A DNA stretch of 63,856 bases, counting the filler. It is 5 parts of 5 records of this genome, joined end to end, with 100 filler letters (N's around TTAATTAATTAA, not from the genome) between each part and the next. Parts side by side here need not be neighbours in the genome. Positions count along the whole stretch, not along the records: positions 16,351 to 32,967 come from SRR22947727_5805; positions 33,068 to 49,201 come from SRR22947727_5819; 3 more parts are not named here. One strand, written 5' to 3'. Under the pieces are notes generated by a model, which saw only the letters and a program-made list of their open reading frames with translations, did not search any database and was not told the DNA's origin. Position 1 is the first letter of the stretch. Each line of letters begins with the position of its first letter. Positions 31,112 to 42,122 of the stretch are shown piece by piece. The position numbers and the translations under genes are program-made.

Positions 31112-32812
31112 TCAGCTGCGGTTGAAGCTGCGGCCCATCCCTTGAGCGATACCTCGACCCACCAGTCCGATCGCACGACCAATCACTTGGGTCAGGACCA
31201 CCGCTAACAGATCACCCACTCTGCGGACCAGAAGTTGAACCTGAGGAGCCAAGGCATCCCGCGCTTCTAGGAGAAGAGCAACCTGTTGTTGCCACCAGCC
31301 AAGACGACGTAACTCTTCGTCTCTGGGTTCCATTAACAACAGCGGTGCGATCGTTCCGTCATTGAGCTGATACAGAAGACGCTGGCTTTCATACAGGCGT
31401 ATCGGACGTTGAATCCAAGCTTGCCAGCGAGACTGGGTGTTGAGTTGGTTGCGTAGACGTTCCAGCTCTCGGGTGGAAATCAAGCGTTGATCTAATAAGT
31501 AGCGTCTCAACTCAGGCCAGTCTCCGCAAACGCCAAGCAGCTCAGATCCAATCAGTTCGGCTGTGCGCACCAACCAATTGCTCACCAACGTTTCGAGCTG
31601 CAGCAACGCGCGGGGATCATCGGCAGGCAGCAATTGCCCATCGACCAAAACGGGCTGATCGTCAAGAAAAGGGGCAAGCATCCGCTTTGGATTCGGCAGT
31701 TCCTCATCGATGTCTTCCAGCTCTGTATTCAAAACCAGGTGATCGGCCACGCCGCTGAGTTCCTCTCCCATAGGAAGGCGCACGTAATGGCCCGCCATCG
31801 TGCACAACGCCTGCTTGCGCAATTCCGGTTGCAAAGCCTGCCAGTGCTCCGAGAGCGCGCGATCCGACCGCTTTTCAGCGGAAGCCTGCTGATCCAAGCG
31901 CAACCTTTGCAGCACAGCGTTGAGCTGTCGCAACAGGGCAAGCAAGAGCTCGCGTCGTCGCTCAGGGTGGAGACCTTCAATCGCCAGCATCTGACCGGTG
32001 GCGTTGCTTAAACCTCCCGTCACCGCCCTTTCAAGGCGTTGATGAATGGCATCCCACACCGCAGCACCATTTCTCTCTTTCAACTGAATCGATGTTCCTG
32101 ACGGTTCGTTGAAGGGAGACGATTGCTGGAGAGGAAGAGCACCTTCCAGCCCTAATTGCAGTGGGCCCCAAAGCCAAAGCAACAGCTGACGAGCACTGTT
32201 CAATTCACGACAGCGACCCTCCAGCATGAATCGCAACATCGGATTCTCTGGCGGTGGATTCAACAGGACCTCGATCATGCGCAGGTCGTGATTGATTTGC
32301 TGAAGACCAGTCATCAACAACCAGGGGCCCAGCCCTGGTGACTGAAATGATCCAAACGTCTCGGACGAAGCGTGCGCCGACAGTTCGACCACCCTGCCCC
32401 CAGACAGCAACGTTGCAATGCTCAGCTGCAATTGCTCAAGATCAGGATCCTGAAGCAATCCCGCACAATCCAGGGAAAGAAGCTCTGTGGGATCGCAAGG
32501 AAGTTTTGCAGGAAGCAACAACAACAGTGGAGCGGATCCCCAACGGCTTTGCAGTTTCAAAACCTCAAGCTGGAGCAGTGCCGGCGATGCAATCGTTTCG
32601 ATGGACCAGATCACAAGATCAGGTTGTCCATCCAGCTGATTCGCGGAAACAGATATTTCTAACTCTTTGTTGCCAGCGAGCCCCGACAAAAGAGATTCAG
32701 CAAGCAGATTCCTTGCGATAAGCAAAATCTTGTTTGGAATCCCGTTCACCGCTGTAATCCATCCCTCACGAATGATCGCAGGGAAATGGTGAAGGAGCAA
32801 ATGCTCCAGCAC
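31112..32812 (-). CDS. DUF3685 (Ycf55-like) protein with degenerate receiver N-terminus
   Basis: LISTRELERLRNQL, LEARDALAPQ, IGRAIGLVGRGIAQGMG. Confidence 0.82.
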   Translation of the reverse strand: MLEHLLLHHFPAIIREGWITAVNGIPNKILLIARNLLAESLLSGLAGNKELEISVSANQLDGQPDLVIWSIETIASPALLQLEVLKLQSRWGSAPLLLLLPAKLPCDPTELLSLDCAGLLQDPDLEQLQLSIATLLSGGRVVELSAHASSETFGSFQSPGLGPWLLMTGLQQINHDLRMIEVLLNPPPENPMLRFMLEGRCRELNSARQLLLWLWGPLQLGLEGALPLQQSSPFNEPSGTSIQLKERNGAAVWDAIHQRLERAVTGGLSNATGQMLAIEGLHPERRRELLLALLRQLNAVLQRLRLDQQASAEKRSDRALSEHWQALQPELRKQALCTMAGHYVRLPMGEELSGVADHLVLNTELEDIDEELPNPKRMLAPFLDDQPVLVDGQLLPADDPRALLQLETLVSNWLVRTAELIGSELLGVCGDWPELRRYLLDQRLISTRELERLRNQLNTQSRWQAWIQRPIRLYESQRLLYQLNDGTIAPLLLMEPRDEELRRLGWWQQQVALLLEARDALAPQVQLLVRRVGDLLAVVLTQVIGRAIGLVGRGIAQGMGRSFNRS

Positions 32813-32815
32813 GAA

Positions 32816-32965
32816 TCATCGCCGTCCATCTAATGCTGCTGGACGTCCACTGAGTTGAAGGGTGTAGGTCTCAATTGTGTAGCCAGTGCGCTCTTCGATT
32901 TCCCGCACGAGTTCATCAGGCAGTTGAACATCGAGGTCCTCGATTCGTCCGCTCTCGAGGCAAGT
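32816..32965 (-). CDS. Fur-family regulator, C-terminal fragment (5' truncated)
   Basis: Read by hand: ..TCLESGRIEDLDVQLPDELVREIEERTGYTIETYTLQLSGRPAALDGRR*. Confidence 0.7.
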   Translation of the reverse strand, partial: TCLESGRIEDLDVQLPDELVREIEERTGYTIETYTLQLSGRPAALDGRR

Positions 32966-32967
32966 GA

Positions 32968-33067
32968 NNNNNNNNNNNNNNNNNNNNNNNNNNNNNNNNN
33001 NNNNNNNNNNNTTAATTAATTAANNNNNNNNNNNNNNNNNNNNNNNNNNNNNNNNNNNNNNNNNNNN
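32968..33067. other. Artificial contig linker
   Basis: 44 N + TTAATTAATTAA + 44 N. Confidence 0.98.
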
Positions 33068-33068
33068 A

Positions 33069-36000
33069 TATCCTCGTCCTGGTATTGATCCTTTTGCAGG
33101 TCGTTCTATTCCTATTGCTGCAGTATCTGCAGATACAATTACTTTAAACGTTGGTGCTTCTGCTCCCAATCAATATTTCACCCCAACAACTGCATCTTAT
33201 GATGCTACAAATGGCGATTTGACTATCGCCATTGGACAGCATGGTCTTGGGGTTGGTAGAAGCATTGTTTTAGAAGATGAATCTATATCTTTCACCTGTG
33301 CTGACGACGGAAATCAAAGTGTTAATGCATATCCACGTCCATCTGACCCTGCATCTGGTCAATCTCTAACTATTACTGATGTCTCCGTTTCTCAACACAC
33401 AGCGACAGATGCTCCATATAATGCTGGAAGTGGTATTGTAACACTAACTGTTGCAGGTCATGGATTTAATAATGGTGATTACGTTAAGATTTCGGATGGT
33501 TCCCTTACATATACATGTGATTTAGATGGCAATACTGTTCAGAAGTCATATCCTCGTGCTGGATATGATTATCCATCTGGTCGCTGGTTATCAATCTTTA
33601 ATGTAACTTCCAATACTTTTCAAATTAATGTAGGAGATTCTTCTTACACTGGCAATCACGCTTTTGTAAGTGCAGCAACAAATGGAATTGAACGTCAAAC
33701 CGGTAACATTACTGTAAATGTTGGTGCATCTCCTGTAGGTCAGCAGTATACACACAATTTTGTAAGTGCTATTAATAATGCTGTTAAGCATGAACCACAA
33801 TCTGAGCATACATTTGTTGGTGCAACTGCTGGTTCTGTGAAGCATTTACCTCAGTCTACACATACATTTGTAAGAGTATCTAATAATGCAGTAACAGCAT
33901 ATCAATCATACTTAACTTGCCAGACTGAAGCAGGAACTATCAATACTCTGTTTGGTATTTTAACTCAGGCAATTGGTGATGACACTAATGGTGTTGGTAA
34001 TTTAACTGGAATCACAAGAACTCAACCTGTAGTATCAACAACATATGGTAGTGGAGCTTGTGCAAACGTAGTATCTACTGTATATACTCTATTTGATATT
34101 GTTCTAGACATTCTAGATGGAGGACTATCTCCAACTAGAACATTACCATCATCTGCACTAACTGATGAAGATGGTAATGTTGTTGCTGTTAGAGATCCTT
34201 GGGACGATCTTCCTATTATTGAAGTATCTCCATACATCTTCAACTCATCAGTAATTTCGTTTATTGGTGGCGGTGGTTGTGAGATTGATGGAACTAAAGT
34301 CGCTACACCAAACGTTCCTAGACCAAACCTACCTGAGCAAGGTAAGTCGATGGTTGCTGCTGCGTTTACGATTATTTCGTTTGGTGGTATTGGATACAAA
34401 GTTATCAAAGATGGATATACTCAGTTAGTTTCTTGCTTCGTAATCTTCTGCCAAGATGGTATTCTTGCGGACACGGGTGGTTATGCTTCTGTTACCAACT
34501 CCGCTACGAACTTTGGAACATATGCACTAAGAGCACAAGGATATAGAGACGAAGCATATAGTTTCAATGAAGGTATTATTCAAAACATCACTTTCGATGA
34601 AGTTGGTCGTCCAACATTTGAAGTTAATAGTCTTGGAGGAAGACCTCTAGAGCACTACGTCATGAAGGTTGGTGGTGTAGAAAACCACATTCAAGGTGTT
34701 TCTGGTGGTGGAGAATACTTCATTAACAAGGTAGTAGCATCTACTGCTAGTGCTCCATTTACTGTCGATCTTGAAATTGATGGAGCTCCAGATGTTAATA
34801 CTGGTGTTTCTCCAGTAATGAGAATTACTGGTAATAGTAACCGTTATACTGATGCTTACAATCTTCTATTCAATAATGGAAATTACATTGGAGATGAAGC
34901 GGTTGGTATTATTGAAAATTATACTACTCTTGCTACAGCATATACTTCAGGAAATACGTATGAAGTTGGTGATATTGTTTCGACTCCTGGTGGAGATTAC
35001 TACATTGCAACACAATATGTCGCAACTGCAGCTGCAACCTTAGATACAAATGAATTCCAATTAATTGTTAGTTCTAGTGAAACAATTGGATTCCAACCAG
35101 ATATTGAGAAGTGCCGTAGAGATACTAGACTAACAGTTCAATCTTGGGCAAAAGATTTGCTCCAAGATTCAAACTCAAATACTTGGGATGCAGCAAAGTT
35201 ATACATTGATGCTGTAAACGGCGGTGTAATTCATGTTAATGGATTTGAAGATGGAACGAAAGCAGTATTCCGTGTTGCTGCTGCACTCTCAAAACTTGCT
35301 ATCAATAACCTTTTAAGGAAGCCTGGTGTAACTCTCACCGCACAAGAAATACAAAATGGAAACTATGTAGCACAGTATACTGTTGAAACTCCTTACAGAG
35401 ATCTAACTATTACTGATAGTGATACTACAAATGGTGATAGTGATCCAAATAATTATACTACTGGTGATTGCACAGATGTTCAACAATCTATTGGGACGCT
35501 ACTAGCACTTACAGAAGAAATTCTAGATGAGACTGAAGTTACTAGTGGTCTAACAAGAAACGATGGTATCTTCAATCTTACCGTTCTAAACAGAGATAAA
35601 CTAATTGGTAAGATTGTCAAGTTCCATAGACCATCTATCGTTAACTCCTCTTCACATACCTGGGAATACGCTGGTTCTGGTAATGATTACAATGCACTAC
35701 CACAGAACGGTGGTCAGACTGGTAGCACAGCAACTAAAGACTTCGAGCAAGTTTCGCAGGCATATGGAAGAGTTTACTCTTCTGGAACCGATGAACTTGG
35801 TGACTTCAAGATTGGTTACTTTGCTAGGGTAGAAAACAGAACTGGTAACATCACCTTTGGTGGAACGGTTGAAATCTCCGAAGTTAGCTTCCTGAAAATT
35901 TCTGGTGGAGATATCACCATTGAAGGATTCTCTGCTGACAATACTTTGGGTGGTATTGATGCTGCTAATGAACTTCTACCAACACAAAAAGCAGTTAGAG

Positions 36001-39000
36001 ATTATATTACTAACAACCTTGGTAACTTCATCAATAAAACATATTCTACAAACCCAACTCCAAGAGCACTTGTAGAACTTGGTGACAACGGTCGTATTAA
36101 TATTGACCAGATACCAGCACTGAGACCATTCAACGTCTTCACCGTTGCAGATCAGGCAGAAAGACTTGCTCTAGAAGGAGCACTTGCTGGTGACATCGCA
36201 ATTCAGCAAGACATCAGTCTGTCCTTCATCTTGAACAACGACTCAGAGTTCCAAGTTCTTGAAATTGCACCTAACGCAGAGTATTCATTCTCAAATGGTG
36301 ATGTTATTACAGCATCTCCATCTACTTCGCAAGGAACTATTACTAGTTACACCGAAGGATATATCGATACTCTGTTTATCTCAGATCCTGGTAGTAACTA
36401 TACTGCTGTTCCAAGTATTCTCATCGGAACTTCAGCAAACTCAAAGATTAGTCAAAGAGTATACTCGGATGAACAAGTTGCTAATAATGGTAATCTCTAT
36501 ACCATCACCAATAGCACTACTTTGCCTGGTGGATCTGCAACTGAACCAACACATACGTCTGGTATAGTAATTAATGATAATGTTGAATATACTTATGTTG
36601 GCAGTGTTCCATGGGGAGTTGGCGCAGCATTTGTTATTGATGATATCGTCGTTAATACTTTAGGTGAAGTATATCGAGTTACTGCTGTAGATACATTAAC
36701 AACTGCTGGCAACGAACCAACACATACTGGTTTAAGACAAGTTGTAACCATGGGAGATACTTTTGCCTATGAATACATTGGAACTGTTTGGAATTCAACT
36801 GGCACGCATGGATATGGTGTTGCACTTAAGTATTATTCGCATTTAGATACTAACACTAGTAATGTCAATGTTTATACTACGAGAGCTACTGCAGTATCCA
36901 GCACAACACAACCATCACATACAAGTGGAACTGTAACACATGGTGTTATAACATATTTGTATGTTGGTGATCGAGCAACTGCCACTGCAACAATTGCTAA
37001 CAATCGTATCGCTTCTTTAGAACTTACAAATGTAGGTTCTGGATACAATAGCGATCCAGTTATTGTATTTACAAATGATCCAGGAGATTCTACTGGTGCT
37101 GGTGCATCTGCTACAGCAACTGCAAGATCCAGAATTGCAATTACCATTGAAAACAACATCAAAGTAAACAGTGGTGATACAATTCTAGACTTTACAGTTA
37201 CATCTGGAAATGATCAACCATTCACTGTTGCTGTTGTTGATGCGGTTAATACTTCTGCACAGAATATTAACAACTGGGTTCAGTTGACATCATCTAATAT
37301 TGATGCTTCCTTTATTACAACAGGAACAATTTCCACAGCAAGATTAGGTATTGCTGATACAAATTTCCCAGCAAACTCCAATTCATTCTTACGTGGTGAT
37401 CAAAAATACACACCAGTTACTCAATTTTTAAGAGTTGCTGATAATGATACTCCTATTCTTCTAGGATCTCAGTTCAGTAGAGGTTCTTACATTGAGGAAG
37501 TTTACATCAGAGATGGTGGTTCTGAATATCAAACAGGAACTTACTCTGATTCAGTGTTGCTTGGTGCTCAGTCAGGTGCTGGAAATCCCAACAGTGGTGC
37601 ATCTGGTGCAACAGCAAACTTTATTGTTGCTGATGGAGCAGTTCAAAAAATTGTTGTCACCAATGGTGGTGGTGGATACTTAGAACCACCAGTAATTTCA
37701 TTTGAAGATGCACAAGGATCACCAGTAGTTGGTCCAAGAGCAATCTCTGAGATTAGTGCAGGTGTAGTTACCGCAGTTTATATTCTTGATGGTGGCAATG
37801 GTCTTGCACAAGGTCTACAAGTAATATTCACTTCAGTTGGTGGTGCAGGTGCAAGTGCAGCAGCAACCGCTACAGTTGCTGATGGTGTTATTGTTAGAGT
37901 AACAATTACTGATGGTGGTGTTGGTTATGATACAGACTTTGATATTTCTCCACTGCCATCATCAATTACATCCACTCAAGGTGGAACTGGAGATGACGCA
38001 GATTTACTATCAAAACTTGCTACAAGACAATTAAACTTCGGAACAGTTGATGTTGATATCAAGAGACTGAGTGGTAATACTGTTTCTGCAAATAACTTTA
38101 GCACCGTTGGTGTTGTGAAAGTTTGGAAAGAACAGTTTAACTTCTTCGCTGATGGTGGAATTCAAATCAAAGAAGGTGATGGTGTCGGTCTGGACGCAGA
38201 CAAACTTGATGGTCAGGAAGGTCTATATTATCAAAATGGTGTTAATTTCATCGATGGAAGTGTCGGACCTACTAAGTTAGAAAGTGGAGAAGACTACGAG
38301 ATTAACATCACTGGATCTTCTGGTTCTGCAGGTCTACTTGAAATTGTTGACACCAAAACTGTTAATACTCAACCACAAGCAATTCCAGAAGGAGCACAAT
38401 ATGCATACAAAAATAACCTAACAGTTACTAGTATTCCTGAAACTAATTTAAAATATCAATTCCTAGATGATGGAGGAACACAGCATCAAAACTTGACATT
38501 CAGAAGACCAAGATCTTCTGCTACAGATTTCAGTAGTGGTGCTGTCAATGGTTTAGCATTTAGTGACAACAATAACTTGTTTATTAGAGGAACAGGTGGA
38601 AACTTTGTTTCTGCATTGACTCTTTCTGATGGTGGTAATGGATATGTCCAAGGAACATATGAAGACGTTTCTATTGGTGGTGGAGAAGGATCCGGTCTAA
38701 GAGCAACGATTGTTGTTAATAGCAATGGAAATATTTCTTCTGTTACCATGACGGATAGTGGTAATGGTTACAATGAATCTGGAAGTGCTTCAGGAACATT
38801 TGTAGCAATACTACCAGAATCTTATTTTGGTTTAGATAATGGTAGAACCAGATATACTCATTGGGAAGCAAATATAAATTATTCGTTTAATGATATTATT
38901 TACGTTGGTAACACAGGTGCAAGAGGATTCATTTATCAAGTAACTCTAGCAGGTAGTTCTGGAACAAATGTAAATGATCCACCATCGCATGAAGTTGGTG

Positions 39001-41294
39001 CAGCTACTGCATCTGGAGGAACCGCAGAGTTTACCTTTATTGGTTATACCAATGCAAGAATCGTTGCAACAGTTGCTTCGACATCAACTGGTAACTGGAA
39101 CACATATAAGAAAATGTGGTCCGCTGGTAACGATGGTCCATCTAGCGGACTTAATGCAGATCAACTAGATGATAAAGAATTATCTTGGGTAACTAATTCA
39201 CTCAATATAAATTCTGGAACTTTAAGCAATAGAAGACTTCCAGATCATCTATCGCAAAAAGATTTTAACAACAGAATTAGAGTTACTTCTCCAAATCCTG
39301 ATTCACAAACTATAAACAAAGGTCTATTCTATGACCTATATCTCGAAGGATTTGCTAATACAACTGAACTAGATGAATTAAACACACAAATTGCTGCTGG
39401 AGAAGTAAGACTAAATCTTTACACTGTTACTAATGTTAATCAAGGAACAATTAGTGTTATTAAATATACTGTAAATACTGAAGAGTCTGATTTCTATTGG
39501 GAAGAAAATACTGCTTATGTAAATGATAGACTTATTCAATATGGATATAATATCTACCGTTCTACTGCAGCAATTTCAAATTCTGGAACTACTCCACCAA
39601 ATCATGTTGGAGGAACTGTTAGTGACTTAGAGTTTGTAGGAAAAGTTACAAATCCTTGGACCATAGTTACTGCAGAACTAGTTTCTGGTGTTTTGGATGA
39701 AAATATTGTTAAACTTGGTAATGCAGTAAGACCAGCAACATACTATGATATTTCTGACTGGAGTATTACTAAAAATTCTGATTATAGTTTATCTAAGCAC
39801 AATCTGACTGTAGACAATACTGGAAATCCTTTATATCTTTTAGGAAACCAATCTCAAATTACATCACCTTCTATTAGATTTCTATCTAGCGGTAATACAT
39901 TTACTGATGTTTTTGGGTATGATGTTGCTATGACTATTACTGGTGGTAGCACCACCAGTGGAACCGGTAATATGAACATTGATTGTACCGAGTTACAAGT
40001 CGATGGTCAAGCAGTATGGCACGCAGGTAATGTTCAATTTATTCCTGGTATCTTCTATCCAGCGGCATGGGTAGCAGCTGCTCAATACAATGAAGGAGAT
40101 CGTGTTTCTGTTGATGGTAACAAGATCTACACTATTACATCTTCAGGTGCTGGACAAACAGCAGGATCAACTTCTCCTACACATCTATCTGGAACTGTAA
40201 CTATAGATGGAATTGATTATACCTACACAGATCCAGATTCATATGACACAAGTGCAAATAGCAAAGGTGTCCTAAGAGATCCTGATGGTAATGTTTCTTT
40301 CAATAATGTTATTGCAAATTTAAGAGGTGCTGCATCACTTAACGTTCTGAAGTCGGGTGATACAATGTCTGGGGATCTCCAGTTCAACCAGTCTAACACT
40401 GGCGTCAAGTGGACAATGAACACTGATGGTGCTGGCATCTTCTTTAAAAATGATAGCGATACGGATACAAATTCTTATCTTGAATATTACACCCAAGATA
40501 ATGGCGATGAGTATCATGTTTGGACAGTATATACACCATCATCTACAAGACGCGAACTTATGCGTCTTGAGCAAACAACAGTAGATCCAGATGGTGGCGG
40601 TCCACTCACCTCCACTTATGCTGGAAATGATCAAGCAAAACTAACTCTATCTGGTTACTTAGAATTCTCTGCTAATAGTGAATCTAAGATTACTACTGCT
40701 GGAACAAGAATTACCTTGTTGGCAGATTCACTTCTAACTAACTCATACGATTCTAGAATTATTCTTGCCAAAAGCACTGATGCAGACTATGCTGGTCAGG
40801 TAAGACTGCATATTTCAGAAAATGAAGAGGCATACTTCTTTGTTGGTAAAGAAGCAGGTGGTGCTGCAGTAACTCAGTTGATGCAAATCAACAAAGATGG
40901 AGATACTGTAATTGGAACAGGAACTCCAACCTCAAGTTACAAACTAAAAGTTGAAGGAACTCTTGCTGCAACCAGCAAGTCCTTCGTAATTGATCACCCA
41001 ACCAAAGAAAATTATCAACTAGTCTACGGATCACTTGAAGGTCCTGAGCATGGCGTATATGTCCGTGGTAAAACTAGAGATGATATTATTGAACTTCCAG
41101 ATTACTGGACTGAATTGGTCGATGCAAATAGTATCACAGTTCAACTTACTCCAATCGGTAATCACAATTCATGGGTAGATAGAATTGAAGATAATAAAGT
41201 ATACATAGGTGGTGGAGCTTCGTTCTACTTCATTCAGGCAGAGCGTAAGGATATTGACAAGTTACAAACAGAAGTAGAACTAACGGAGGAATGA
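33069..41294 (+). CDS. Giant cyanomyovirus virion structural/fibre protein (>2740 aa, 5' truncated)
   Basis: Frame open to contig edge (YPRPGIDPFAG...); Thr/Gly/Ser-rich, YPR repeats, KCRRD, GGxGY repeats, LDADKLDG fibre motifs; AT-rich phage codon usage. Confidence 0.85.
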   Translation, partial: YPRPGIDPFAGRSIPIAAVSADTITLNVGASAPNQYFTPTTASYDATNGDLTIAIGQHGLGVGRSIVLEDESISFTCADDGNQSVNAYPRPSDPASGQSLTITDVSVSQHTATDAPYNAGSGIVTLTVAGHGFNNGDYVKISDGSLTYTCDLDGNTVQKSYPRAGYDYPSGRWLSIFNVTSNTFQINVGDSSYTGNHAFVSAATNGIERQTGNITVNVGASPVGQQYTHNFVSAINNAVKHEPQSEHTFVGATAGSVKHLPQSTHTFVRVSNNAVTAYQSYLTCQTEAGTINTLFGILTQAIGDDTNGVGNLTGITRTQPVVSTTYGSGACANVVSTVYTLFDIVLDILDGGLSPTRTLPSSALTDEDGNVVAVRDPWDDLPIIEVSPYIFNSSVISFIGGGGCEIDGTKVATPNVPRPNLPEQGKSMVAAAFTIISFGGIGYKVIKDGYTQLVSCFVIFCQDGILADTGGYASVTNSATNFGTYALRAQGYRDEAYSFNEGIIQNITFDEVGRPTFEVNSLGGRPLEHYVMKVGGVENHIQGVSGGGEYFINKVVASTASAPFTVDLEIDGAPDVNTGVSPVMRITGNSNRYTDAYNLLFNNGNYIGDEAVGIIENYTTLATAYTSGNTYEVGDIVSTPGGDYYIATQYVATAAATLDTNEFQLIVSSSETIGFQPDIEKCRRDTRLTVQSWAKDLLQDSNSNTWDAAKLYIDAVNGGVIHVNGFEDGTKAVFRVAAALSKLAINNLLRKPGVTLTAQEIQNGNYVAQYTVETPYRDLTITDSDTTNGDSDPNNYTTGDCTDVQQSIGTLLALTEEILDETEVTSGLTRNDGIFNLTVLNRDKLIGKIVKFHRPSIVNSSSHTWEYAGSGNDYNALPQNGGQTGSTATKDFEQVSQAYGRVYSSGTDELGDFKIGYFARVENRTGNITFGGTVEISEVSFLKISGGDITIEGFSADNTLGGIDAANELLPTQKAVRDYITNNLGNFINKTYSTNPTPRALVELGDNGRINIDQIPALRPFNVFTVADQAERLALEGALAGDIAIQQDISLSFILNNDSEFQVLEIAPNAEYSFSNGDVITASPSTSQGTITSYTEGYIDTLFISDPGSNYTAVPSILIGTSANSKISQRVYSDEQVANNGNLYTITNSTTLPGGSATEPTHTSGIVINDNVEYTYVGSVPWGVGAAFVIDDIVVNTLGEVYRVTAVDTLTTAGNEPTHTGLRQVVTMGDTFAYEYIGTVWNSTGTHGYGVALKYYSHLDTNTSNVNVYTTRATAVSSTTQPSHTSGTVTHGVITYLYVGDRATATATIANNRIASLELTNVGSGYNSDPVIVFTNDPGDSTGAGASATATARSRIAITIENNIKVNSGDTILDFTVTSGNDQPFTVAVVDAVNTSAQNINNWVQLTSSNIDASFITTGTISTARLGIADTNFPANSNSFLRGDQKYTPVTQFLRVADNDTPILLGSQFSRGSYIEEVYIRDGGSEYQTGTYSDSVLLGAQSGAGNPNSGASGATANFIVADGAVQKIVVTNGGGGYLEPPVISFEDAQGSPVVGPRAISEISAGVVTAVYILDGGNGLAQGLQVIFTSVGGAGASAAATATVADGVIVRVTITDGGVGYDTDFDISPLPSSITSTQGGTGDDADLLSKLATRQLNFGTVDVDIKRLSGNTVSANNFSTVGVVKVWKEQFNFFADGGIQIKEGDGVGLDADKLDGQEGLYYQNGVNFIDGSVGPTKLESGEDYEINITGSSGSAGLLEIVDTKTVNTQPQAIPEGAQYAYKNNLTVTSIPETNLKYQFLDDGGTQHQNLTFRRPRSSATDFSSGAVNGLAFSDNNNLFIRGTGGNFVSALTLSDGGNGYVQGTYEDVSIGGGEGSGLRATIVVNSNGNISSVTMTDSGNGYNESGSASGTFVAILPESYFGLDNGRTRYTHWEANINYSFNDIIYVGNTGARGFIYQVTLAGSSGTNVNDPPSHEVGAATASGGTAEFTFIGYTNARIVATVASTSTGNWNTYKKMWSAGNDGPSSGLNADQLDDKELSWVTNSLNINSGTLSNRRLPDHLSQKDFNNRIRVTSPNPDSQTINKGLFYDLYLEGFANTTELDELNTQIAAGEVRLNLYTVTNVNQGTISVIKYTVNTEESDFYWEENTAYVNDRLIQYGYNIYRSTAAISNSGTTPPNHVGGTVSDLEFVGKVTNPWTIVTAELVSGVLDENIVKLGNAVRPATYYDISDWSITKNSDYSLSKHNLTVDNTGNPLYLLGNQSQITSPSIRFLSSGNTFTDVFGYDVAMTITGGSTTSGTGNMNIDCTELQVDGQAVWHAGNVQFIPGIFYPAAWVAAAQYNEGDRVSVDGNKIYTITSSGAGQTAGSTSPTHLSGTVTIDGIDYTYTDPDSYDTSANSKGVLRDPDGNVSFNNVIANLRGAASLNVLKSGDTMSGDLQFNQSNTGVKWTMNTDGAGIFFKNDSDTDTNSYLEYYTQDNGDEYHVWTVYTPSSTRRELMRLEQTTVDPDGGGPLTSTYAGNDQAKLTLSGYLEFSANSESKITTAGTRITLLADSLLTNSYDSRIILAKSTDADYAGQVRLHISENEEAYFFVGKEAGGAAVTQLMQINKDGDTVIGTGTPTSSYKLKVEGTLAATSKSFVIDHPTKENYQLVYGSLEGPEHGVYVRGKTRDDIIELPDYWTELVDANSITVQLTPIGNHNSWVDRIEDNKVYIGGGASFYFIQAERKDIDKLQTEVELTEE

Positions 41295-41295
41295 T

Positions 41296-42084
41296 ATGGG
41301 ACTTACAATAGGACCTAAAATTATCACAGAAAATCTAACACTACATTTTGATTCTGGCAATCCACTTGGGTGGAATAATACTGATGGTCAGTGGCACAAC
41401 TTTGCCACAAACACAGTTGGGGGAGCAAGAAATACTACCAATATTACTTACGATGCTGGAGAAGATGCTTTATTTTTTCCAAGTGCTACAAACTCAGATT
41501 GTCTTACAGTAAATGATATTAATTATATAACTGGTTCAAGTGATCAAATTATTAGTTTGACATTAGAAGCATGGGTAAAAAATAATTCTGGCACTACTAG
41601 CCATACATATGACGAAAGAATTATTCTTTCATTTGATAGAAGTTCTGTATTTAGATTTTCTATAGGATCTGATGCTATAGTTGGTTCAGAAGGCAAATTA
41701 TGTTTCGCATTTACAACAGGAACTGGAGTAACCGTTACGACTTTTGATATTGAAGCTCCAAATTGTCCTAACTTGAGAGATGATGCTTGGCATCAAGTTG
41801 GAGTTGCATTCACATCATCTCAAATCAATTTCTTCATCGATGGAGAAATTATAGGAACAACAACTGCAACATATGGTCCAATTAGTGGTCAAGACACCAC
41901 CGAAACTCCAAGATTTGGAATTATTGGTAATGGTTCAGAATCAACATCAGTTGGATCTGCGGTTGGACCAAACAATAATTTCTCTGGTTATATCAAGAGC
42001 ATCAAATATTATGATGGTAAAACATTTACATCTGATGAAATCAAACACAATTACAATGCTCAAAAAGCAAGGTATGGTCTTTGA
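41296..42084 (+). CDS. LamG/concanavalin A-like domain virion protein
   Basis: GPKIITENLTLHFD, TLEAWVK, WHQVG, FFIDG, EIKHNYNAQKARYGL. Confidence 0.8.
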   Translation: MGLTIGPKIITENLTLHFDSGNPLGWNNTDGQWHNFATNTVGGARNTTNITYDAGEDALFFPSATNSDCLTVNDINYITGSSDQIISLTLEAWVKNNSGTTSHTYDERIILSFDRSSVFRFSIGSDAIVGSEGKLCFAFTTGTGVTVTTFDIEAPNCPNLRDDAWHQVGVAFTSSQINFFIDGEIIGTTTATYGPISGQDTTETPRFGIIGNGSESTSVGSAVGPNNNFSGYIKSIKYYDGKTFTSDEIKHNYNAQKARYGL

Positions 42085-42086
42085 TT

Positions 42087-42094
42087 GATAAATA
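42087..42094 (+). promoter_or_regulatory. T4-like late promoter
   Basis: GATAAATA (cf. TATAAATA) 28 nt before ATG 42123. Confidence 0.7.
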
Positions 42095-42122
42095 CTCAAT
42101 AAACAAACAGTTATAAAGCAAG

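Noticed and set aside
32816-33300. Cyanophage genes next to Synechococcus genes as a prophage
   Set aside because: Separated by a linker, both flanking genes are truncated, there is no integrase, and T4-like phages are lytic
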